A stretch of DNA of 64,000 bases from Nanohaloarchaea archaeon B1-Br10_U2g21 (lineage in GTDB: Archaea; Nanohalarchaeota; Nanosalinia; Nanosalinales; Nanosalinaceae): NCBI GenBank assembly GCA_001563915.1, contig LKMP01000002.1, forward strand, positions 1 through 64,000. Reading direction: 5' to 3'. A model generated the notes under the pieces. It did not search any database and had not been told where the DNA came from. It was given only the letters and a program-made list of their open reading frames with translations. A program made the translations under genes and the position numbers. This document shows, one piece after another, positions 57,233 through 64,000 of this stretch. Position 1 is the first letter of the stretch. The number at the start of each line of letters is the position of its first letter.

Positions 57233-58180
57233 TCACACCCTTATTCCTTCAGGCCTCCAATTCTGTTTGATTTCCGAATCCTTTAAGTCTATAAACTGTT
57301 TTCGCTTAGCTTTTTTAAGGCCTCTTTCAGCGATCATTGCTGCATTGTCCATACAATACTCTTTCGGAGGGAAATATGCATTAGTGCTTCGCTGCTCACA
57401 CATGGTCTCCACCATCTCTCTGAGGCGATTGTTCATTGCTACTCCTCCTGTGAGAAGTGCTTCGTCACTGTCTGCTTGAGCCATCGCTCTTTCAAGTGCT
57501 TCGACTGTTGCAGGGTATGCATGTTCTTGGAAAGTGTTTGCGATGACCTCATCTTCAACTTTACCAACTTTTTTCTCAAGTTCTGTTACAATACCTGAAA
57601 ATGAGAAATCCATACCTTTAACTGGATATGCGATTTCAATTATTTCATCTGTCTGTTCTGCCAATTTTTCTATTTCAGGCCCTCCTGGATGAGGATATCC
57701 AATTTTCCTTGCGAGTTTGTCGACCGCGTTGCCTAGTGCGATGTCTAAGGTTTCTCCAATTATTCGATACTTCGAGTTTTTCTCTGCTATTACTTGCGAG
57801 TTGCCTCCTGAGAGGTAAAGCGTTACAGGGCTTCCCGCCTCTGTGGTGCGCTTACCTATCTCTATGTGGGCAACACAGTGATTGACGCCGATTAATGGCA
57901 CTTCATGTTTCTGTGCAAGCGTGCGGGCGGCTACTGCTCCAATATCCAAACATTGTGGTATTCCTGGCCCCTGAGAAAAAGCTACTGCATCAATTTCTCC
58001 TACTAGTCCTTTTGAAATTATTTCATGTGCTTTCTGGTAGTGATGCTCTGCTGCTTTTCTGGGATGTATACCTCCTTTTTCAGGCTCATACATTGACTTT
58101 TCATTTGTGTATATTTTTTCTTCACTAACAGTGGAAGCTGCAAAGGTATGAGCAGTAGATTCTAAGCCTAGAACTTTCAT
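57233..58180 (-). CDS. kae1: KEOPS t6A threonylcarbamoyltransferase Kae1
   Basis: LGLESTAHT, GIHPR, HCVAHIE, SGGNSQ, ETLDIA, GGVAMN, MDNAAMIA. Confidence 0.95.
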   Translation of the reverse strand: MKVLGLESTAHTFAASTVSEEKIYTNEKSMYEPEKGGIHPRKAAEHHYQKAHEIISKGLVGEIDAVAFSQGPGIPQCLDIGAVAARTLAQKHEVPLIGVNHCVAHIEIGKRTTEAGSPVTLYLSGGNSQVIAEKNSKYRIIGETLDIALGNAVDKLARKIGYPHPGGPEIEKLAEQTDEIIEIAYPVKGMDFSFSGIVTELEKKVGKVEDEVIANTFQEHAYPATVEALERAMAQADSDEALLTGGVAMNNRLREMVETMCEQRSTNAYFPPKEYCMDNAAMIAERGLKKAKRKQFIDLKDSEIKQNWRPEGIRV

Positions 58181-58270
58181 GTGAGAAATGTTAAAGTAGT
58201 AAAGAGTTTAATGGGCTCCCCATAAAAACACATATTGATTAATTTATTCTTCTAATATTATTTTGCTGTT

Positions 58271-58591
58271 TTGATGAGTAAAAAACTCTATGATGATATT
58301 GTTGAATACGTGCATAAAGGAACCAGTTTCTATGAAAAGGAAACTCCTGATCTTGACTTAGAAACCCAGTGTTTCGTGTCTCATGAGAGACAGTGCGTCT
58401 TGAAAGTCCAGTTGGACGAATTAGGTGAAGTCTCTCTTGAGTATGGTAAAGATCTTCAGGACTGTGAAACTAAATCAGGATTCAGATATATGAGAACTCT
58501 TGAAAGTAAAGGAGCTACAACAGTCGAGTCTTTAGAAGACGCAGCAGAGTTCCTAATCGGTAATTACGCAGTCGATAAATTCGCTAAATGA
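58271..58591 (+). CDS. Hypothetical protein
   Basis: 106-aa ORF inserted antisense between rps27ae and kae1. Confidence 0.6.
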   Translation: MMSKKLYDDIVEYVHKGTSFYEKETPDLDLETQCFVSHERQCVLKVQLDELGEVSLEYGKDLQDCETKSGFRYMRTLESKGATTVESLEDAAEFLIGNYAVDKFAK

Positions 58592-58619
58592 CAAAAATCA
58601 GAAAGAGAAATGAAGAAAA

Positions 58620-58769
58620 TTATTGGTGTTTAGTGTATTGACACTTACCACAACTCTTGCGGTCATCGTGTTCTGCTAAGAATGATCCGCATCTAGGGCA
58701 TTTCTCTCCCTCATATTCTCCATTTTTGTCATATTTCTCGTATAGTGGTGATTCAGAGTGTTTAGGCAT
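58620..58769 (-). CDS. rps27ae: 30S ribosomal protein S27ae (eS31)
   Basis: Manual translation ...KCPRCGSFLAEHDDRKSCGKCQYT; follows rps24e. Confidence 0.93.
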   Translation of the reverse strand: MPKHSESPLYEKYDKNGEYEGEKCPRCGSFLAEHDDRKSCGKCQYTKHQ

Positions 58770-58787
58770 TATAATTCTCCTCTAATT

Positions 58788-59228
58788 CTAGGCCTGATTT
58801 TTCATCCATTCTATGAATGTATTTCGGTTTTTGCCCTGTTCTTCTGCTGTGATAGCTGCTTCAAAATCAGGTTCTTCCATGTCATTCAGTGCTTGTTTAG
58901 CATCGGTAATAGTTCCTGAGACTATATCTTCATATTCTGCTGTTGCAACAGCTGTTTCATCGTCCTGCTCAACTGTTTCTTCTTCAAGCTCTTCATCATA
59001 TTCGAACTCTTCAAAAACATGGATTACTGCTTTAGCCTGTTTACTACCGTACCGACCGTAGACATTTTTAACGTCGACATTGTCTTTTTCTAAGCCTTTG
59101 TCAGCCGTTATCCGTGTTAGTACGTCTTCTTTGCTTGGAGTTGCTTCTCCACTGTGGTTTACTGTTGCTTCTACCTCTCTTCTCTCCATGAGAGGGTTTT
59201 CTTTTACTGATGTTATTTCGACTTCCAT
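58788..59228 (-). CDS. rps24e: 30S ribosomal protein S24e with C-terminal extension
   Basis: KENPLMERRE...ATPSK...GRYGS. Confidence 0.9.
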   Translation of the reverse strand: MEVEITSVKENPLMERREVEATVNHSGEATPSKEDVLTRITADKGLEKDNVDVKNVYGRYGSKQAKAVIHVFEEFEYDEELEEETVEQDDETAVATAEYEDIVSGTITDAKQALNDMEEPDFEAAITAEEQGKNRNTFIEWMKNQA

Positions 59229-59242
59229 ATTATTTTTTCACC

Positions 59243-59425
59243 TTATTTTACTCTTACCGCATATCTTCCCGGAGTTTGAATACCTGCTTCTTCTGCTATT
59301 TCAGATTCCGCATCATATACAACAATGAGTCCGCTCCAAGAGTTCGATAGCACATTGTTTTTGCATACAGGACACTCATCAGAGTTCTCTACTATCCTCT
59401 TACAGTCTGTACACGCTCTAGCCAT
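59243..59425 (-). CDS. spt4: Transcription elongation factor Spt4 (RpoE'')
   Basis: MARACTDCKR...CPVC...WSGLIVV..SEIA...PGRYAVRV. Confidence 0.93.
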   Translation of the reverse strand: MARACTDCKRIVENSDECPVCKNNVLSNSWSGLIVVYDAESEIAEEAGIQTPGRYAVRVK

Positions 59426-59429
59426 TAAC

Positions 59430-60005
59430 TCAGACCTCCTCTTCTTCTGCTTCAAGTTCTTCTTTTTCTTCTTCGTATTCTTCAATCCATTCCTGTTTTC
59501 CTAATCCAGGTTGTCTCATTGTCAGGTTAATCTTATTTGAGTCTTGTTTGCCTAGACTAACAGCGATAATTCTTGTAGTCACTATATCATTTACTGTCAG
59601 GCTTTTTTCCTGCTCATCACTTGTAAGCATTAAATTTTCTTCATCCAAGTTCATGTAGTCATCCGTTACTTGTGAAATGTGGCATAGACCATCAAAAGGC
59701 CCTATCCTGATAAATGCTCCGAATTCTGTCAGATCTACTACTTCTCCATTTATTACTTCATGAAGTTCTGGTTCAAAGACAATTGCTTTGTATCTTGCTG
59801 TGTAGTGGATTCCCGCATCTTCTGGTTCAATTTCTCCGCCTTCGATTTCTTCTACATCTTCAACCGCGATAATCACACCTAGTTCTGAGTCGATTTCGCC
59901 TTCTTTTTCTGCTATAAGACCATTCTGGACGCTTTCTTCAAGATCTTCCCCAAGGTGTTGGGGAGGAACCCTTACAGAGTCCTCAATTGTAATTCGTTTG
60001 TACAT
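59430..60005 (-). CDS. rpoE1: RNA polymerase subunit Rpo7 (RpoE')
   Basis: VRVPP, FGAFIRIGPFDGLCHISQ S1 domain, LTMRQPGLGK..W. Confidence 0.95.
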   Translation of the reverse strand: MYKRITIEDSVRVPPQHLGEDLEESVQNGLIAEKEGEIDSELGVIIAVEDVEEIEGGEIEPEDAGIHYTARYKAIVFEPELHEVINGEVVDLTEFGAFIRIGPFDGLCHISQVTDDYMNLDEENLMLTSDEQEKSLTVNDIVTTRIIAVSLGKQDSNKINLTMRQPGLGKQEWIEEYEEEKEELEAEEEEV

Positions 60006-60067
60006 TTATCTCTCTACCTCTACGGAACTAAAATCGACTTTGGAACAAAGTTTTAATAGTGGTACGC

Positions 60068-60439
60068 TCACAACTCCAGATTCTCTGCCGCCAAGTGACT
60101 TGAACCCCTAATATAAATTACAGGTCTGCCTTCATCTAAAATCTTATTTTTCAGCTCTCGATCATTCGTAGCGACTAAGAACTCATCCGAAAGATCGTAT
60201 ATAAGATCATCTACTATTCCTTCTCCTTTGGTTTCTAACACCTCTATGTCTTGACTATCCACTAATTTATGTACTAGACCCCCATAGCGTCCTGATTCTA
60301 TACTTTTTGCTTCTTCTAATACATCATCTAGTGTGTACAGCTCATTACCAGGAAATTTTTCGTCCATCTCTCGAAATATAGATACATTCATCTGGAAAGG
60401 CGCTACCAAAAAATTGGTATCAAGCAGGATTTTTCTCAT
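60068..60439 (-). CDS. PIN-domain protein (Fcf1/Utp24-like)
   Basis: LLDTNFL, VDD, VATNDRELK; conserved position before rpoE1. Confidence 0.88.
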   Translation of the reverse strand: MRKILLDTNFLVAPFQMNVSIFREMDEKFPGNELYTLDDVLEEAKSIESGRYGGLVHKLVDSQDIEVLETKGEGIVDDLIYDLSDEFLVATNDRELKNKILDEGRPVIYIRGSSHLAAENLEL

Positions 60440-60500
60440 ATCTCTTCTTTTGAAGAGCGGAAGCCTATTTATTTAACTGCTCCATGTATGATGATGTAAC

Positions 60501-61517
60501 ATGGATTTTGACTACAAGGCCTCATGTCTTAGACGGATAGAACTAAATTCCGAATGTAAAATTGTTTCAAGCGGCCACAGACCTCAGACTGGTGATGTAG
60601 TAGCTGTAAAGATTACGGACGTTAATGATACTTACCGATCGCTTGATCTTGAGGGCGGCGAGCTCATTGAACTGAACGAAGGCGATGTAGTAGTAGGTGT
60701 TTTGGGTAATAGAGCAGGTGTAAAAGGATATGTTGGCGAAGTACCTTCCGACATTTCCGAAGGAGAAACGCTCTCTTTTCTCGGTGCTGGAGGCCTATTT
60801 GGAGAATTCAAAGGCGCTACCAAAGAGCTAGATGACCCATGTAGTGTAGAGTTCCTAGGTTACGTTGGTAAAACTGATGAAATACTTAACATGAAAGATT
60901 ATGGTATAGAGACATCAGATTCTTTGAGGGATGATGCTAGAGTATTTGCAGTGACTTCTTCTAGAATGGATGCTGGAAAAACAACTTTAACCGCTAAGTT
61001 GATAGAACAATTAAGTCAAGACTACAAGATTGGTTCTTTAAAACTTACAGGTTCTGCACGCGAAAGAGACAGGCTAAAAATGCTTGAATCTGGCTCTCAA
61101 ATATCTCTAGATTTTGTTGACGCCGGACTTCCTTCTACAGTCGATAATCCTCGCGACGTGGAAAGAGCCGCTAAAGGACTCATTAACGAGGCTTTTGATG
61201 AAGACATTGACTTTGTAGTTATAGAGTTCGGTGCAGGCCTTATCAGCAAGTACTGTGTGAAAGAAGTTTTAAGAGAGCTAGAAATTAAGAATAAAGTCTT
61301 TGGTATAGGCGCTGCTGCTCTTGATGTTGTAGGCGCATATGGTCTTGAAGACGTGTTAGACGATATTGGCTACGAGCTTGATTTTATTTCAGGACCTATA
61401 ACAGACACACATGTTGGTAAAGACACGATAGAAGACTACGTAGGTGTACCCGCATTAAATGCATTCGACAATGAAGACATGGAGCGTGCAGCAGAACTAG
61501 TTTCAGAGAGCTTCTAG
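60501..61517 (+). CDS. DUF1611/DgcN-like P-loop protein
   Basis: N-terminal GDVV..GVLGNR domain, MDAGKTT Walker A, KLTG, DFVDAGLPST, VIEFGAG. Confidence 0.65.
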   Translation: MDFDYKASCLRRIELNSECKIVSSGHRPQTGDVVAVKITDVNDTYRSLDLEGGELIELNEGDVVVGVLGNRAGVKGYVGEVPSDISEGETLSFLGAGGLFGEFKGATKELDDPCSVEFLGYVGKTDEILNMKDYGIETSDSLRDDARVFAVTSSRMDAGKTTLTAKLIEQLSQDYKIGSLKLTGSARERDRLKMLESGSQISLDFVDAGLPSTVDNPRDVERAAKGLINEAFDEDIDFVVIEFGAGLISKYCVKEVLRELEIKNKVFGIGAAALDVVGAYGLEDVLDDIGYELDFISGPITDTHVGKDTIEDYVGVPALNAFDNEDMERAAELVSESF

Positions 61518-62383
61518 CGTTCTGCTGTACGGGACGCTATAAAATTCATTATTTTATCCGCCATATCCAGTCCTAATACTTCCTCTACTCCTTCCACACC
61601 TGGTGAAGCATTTATCTCTCCAATATAGAATCCTCCATCTTCGGATTCAAGTATATCTATTCCCGAGATATCAAGGCCACAAAGCCTCGAAGCCTTAATC
61701 GCAGCTTCTCTCATTTCTTCCGATGGTTCTACTTTTTCTCTTTGTCCTCCTGTTGAAATATTAGATCTAAACTCCTCATCTCCTACCCTTTTGTAAGAAT
61801 AAGTTTCCTCTCCAATCACTATTATCCTGATATCTTCCCCGGGATTCTCAATGTATTCTTGCAGACAAATTTCCTGCTCAAATAGCGTTAACGTATCAGT
61901 TATAGGGCCTATATCGCTCTCAGTCGATGCCCTCATTACTCCTTTCCCCCCATAACCTGAAATTATTTTAATGACTGCAGGATACCCTATTTTCTCAGCA
62001 GCTCTTATAGTCTCATCTGTAGAGAGTGTGTAGGCCGATTTAGGCACCGGCAGATTTGCTTCATGAAGAACCTTCATCATGTGGAACTTATTAGACGCTA
62101 TAGGAAGAGAATCTGAATCCATCTGAGTGTATACTCCATTATCCTGCAGTATTTCTGAGAAATGTTCTGCGTTCATCATATCTGCTCCTAGAAGTCTGAG
62201 ATATACTGCATCGAAATCGCACAGATTTATATCCCGATACTTCAACTTTGTGCCTTCCTCAGTCGAAACCGTTCTTATGCCTTCTAGAGGCACACCTAGC
62301 ACATTTTCAAAGTATTCTTTACCAGCTTCAATAAAATGATGGTGTTGCGCAGACTTTTCACCGTAAACTACTGCGCATTTCAT
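61514..62383 (-). CDS. RimK/LysX family ATP-grasp amino acid ligase
   Basis: NKF, YPAVIK..SGYGGKGV, QEYI, DIR, FRSNISTGG, GIDIL, EINASPG. Confidence 0.9.
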   Translation of the reverse strand: MKCAVVYGEKSAQHHHFIEAGKEYFENVLGVPLEGIRTVSTEEGTKLKYRDINLCDFDAVYLRLLGADMMNAEHFSEILQDNGVYTQMDSDSLPIASNKFHMMKVLHEANLPVPKSAYTLSTDETIRAAEKIGYPAVIKIISGYGGKGVMRASTESDIGPITDTLTLFEQEICLQEYIENPGEDIRIIVIGEETYSYKRVGDEEFRSNISTGGQREKVEPSEEMREAAIKASRLCGLDISGIDILESEDGGFYIGEINASPGVEGVEEVLGLDMADKIMNFIASRTAER

Positions 62384-63192
62384 TCACTATCACCCTTTAA
62401 TGTCTCCACAATTCTACCGTATACATTTTTTCCACTGTGCTTCTCAAACATTTCTAAATCAGGTCTTACATCCATATCCATTACTTTTTCTCCTTTCAAA
62501 CTTACTCTGCATATATCTGTACCTACTGCCTTAGCCGCTTTATCTACTACTTCTTTCTGAGTGTCCGAGAGACTATAGTAATTTCTTCCAGGCTCATCAC
62601 TCCATATTTCTCCTTCAAGCTTGAGCGAAATTTTCTCTCCATCGATATACAGTACATCAAAAAACTCGCCCTCAGGAATCTCCTGTAAAAGCATGAAGTC
62701 ATTCTCGGCATCAAGATCATCTAGGCCTTCTAATTCCTCAAAACTTTCTATTCTTTTAGTCTTTTCCAGCTTAAAATTCGAATACTTCTTCACAACTAAA
62801 GGCAGCTCCAAATCATTTTCCAGACCTGTTAAACCTCTTTTAGTAGCTATAGATGCTTGTTTAGGTGCTGGAATACTTTTTTCCTCCAGTACTTTTATCA
62901 TATAAGGCTTCTTCATTAGAATAAAGATAGAAGATGGATTTAGATTTACTGAAGCCTGTGTCTGAGTAAGCGTTTCAGTAAGGACTCTGATATAGTTGAA
63001 TGCCTCAGGCCTCGGATTTATGTATAGTATATGCTCAGAACCTATTTCCTCATCTCCTATGTATACTTCTGGTTTTTTCCCAGAATGAATGCTTACATCT
63101 GCAAGAGATTTTTTTTCTACTTCTTCAAAGTGTTTCTTGAAATCTTCAGTCTCCGATTCAAAGTTATTTGCTAGTATCAGTGTCTTCTCCAT
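62380..63192 (-). CDS. Degenerate RimK-like ATP-grasp protein
   Basis: Collinear with the neighbouring ligase (IPAP, LPLVVK, LQE, AAKAVGTDIC) but lacking the Gly loop and ExN. ATG 63192 follows GAGGGG. Confidence 0.75.
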   Translation of the reverse strand: MEKTLILANNFESETEDFKKHFEEVEKKSLADVSIHSGKKPEVYIGDEEIGSEHILYINPRPEAFNYIRVLTETLTQTQASVNLNPSSIFILMKKPYMIKVLEEKSIPAPKQASIATKRGLTGLENDLELPLVVKKYSNFKLEKTKRIESFEELEGLDDLDAENDFMLLQEIPEGEFFDVLYIDGEKISLKLEGEIWSDEPGRNYYSLSDTQKEVVDKAAKAVGTDICRVSLKGEKVMDMDVRPDLEMFEKHSGKNVYGRIVETLKGDSE

Positions 63193-63985
63193 TTTGTTCC
63201 CCCTCATCTGTTTTTTCTGGTTTCCAGAGCCTGTTAACTTTTTCTTCCCTGTTCCATTTTTCGATGTAACTATTTACCGGTTCAGGAAGCGCGCTCTTTA
63301 GTAATCGGCCCTGCCTCATTATCTTCTTTAGCCTGAGTTCCATGTTTTTACTGAGTTCGTCATAGAAACTAGAATCAGAGTAAATCAGATTATTTTGTAT
63401 TCTCCAGTATGCTGTAGTATCTTCTGGAGCTAGTACGACATAACCTCTCTTTCTACCTTCGAACTCAGCCATGGCTTCTCGCATTTCAGAGTCATCAGCA
63501 TAGTATACACCCCCCGATACTGTATCAGCGCTAGGATCTACTACAATTAACTCATCTCCCTCTACTCCCACGCATAAGCTATAATGAGCTTTTTCTGAAC
63601 CAGGGAATAGTACTGGCTTTGCGAAGTTAGGAATTATTAATGCTCCATTGTCAAACCACGTCTTTAGTTCATCAGACAATTTCCCTATTTTATCATATTC
63701 TACATATGCTCCTCTAACATCTCCTTCAGTTAATTCCTCTACAGCATCTATTAATTCATCAGGCATTGTTCCTTTACCAACTTCACTACCAGCAAGATCT
63801 CCAATTTCTTCCTGCTTATGAGCGAATCCAAATATATTCAATGCCATTTCAGCAGAAGCAGGCCCGCAATATGAAGGATGTTGCGCTGTAAAGTACCTTT
63901 TCATATCTTCAAGCGTTTTTATATCACTTCTAGTCCTCTTAAACTTGACATTAGAGTCCATAACCTGGCTATTTGGCGCAACCAT
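63164..63985 (-). CDS. Papain-fold C39 / phytochelatin-synthase-like cysteine peptidase
   Basis: Q.HPSYCGPAS, AHYSLCVG, VVDP (Q-C-H-D set), and NF.K..L and AM...RGY patterns. The start may lie at or beyond the window edge. Confidence 0.75.
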   Translation of the reverse strand: MVAPNSQVMDSNVKFKRTRSDIKTLEDMKRYFTAQHPSYCGPASAEMALNIFGFAHKQEEIGDLAGSEVGKGTMPDELIDAVEELTEGDVRGAYVEYDKIGKLSDELKTWFDNGALIIPNFAKPVLFPGSEKAHYSLCVGVEGDELIVVDPSADTVSGGVYYADDSEMREAMAEFEGRKRGYVVLAPEDTTAYWRIQNNLIYSDSSFYDELSKNMELRLKKIMRQGRLLKSALPEPVNSYIEKWNREEKVNRLWKPEKTDEGEQNGEDTDTSK

Positions 63986-64000
63986 TGTGTATCCGTCATT

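Noticed and set aside
1-64000. CRISPR array or cas genes
   Set aside because: No regularly spaced 25-40 bp repeats or Cas motifs were seen.

Overview
AT-rich (roughly 38% GC, estimated by eye) archaeal chromosome segment. The strongly acidic proteome, compact gene packing, many apparently leaderless genes, unlinked 5S rRNA and class III signal-peptide adhesin point to a halophilic DPANN archaeon, most likely Nanohaloarchaeota (inference). It carries seven tRNAs (two with 37/38 introns), a stand-alone 5S rRNA, and housekeeping genes (ileS, cysS, thiI, ncsA, cdc6, oapABC, rps3ae, rps15, rps24e, rps27ae, rpoE1, spt4, kae1, bud32, TsaC-type sua5, two Kef-type antiporters). A decayed integrative island lies 3' of tRNA-Thr, with an integrase remnant, a truncated GmrSD-like/Schlafen gene and a truncated deoxyribosyltransferase-like gene. 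Several micro-ORFs are missing from the ORF track. The two best candidates for undescribed systems are (i) a locus at 10.5-13.5 kb pairing an apparently inactive SipW-type peptidase with a secreted Lys/Asp polyampholyte bearing a TasA-like N-terminus and two wHTH regulators, and (ii) a locus at 60.5-64 kb combining a phytochelatin-synthase/C39-like enzyme, an inactive plus an active RimK-type ATP-grasp ligase, and a DUF1611/DgcN-like P-loop protein. All functional calls come from motif recognition by eye, with no database searches.
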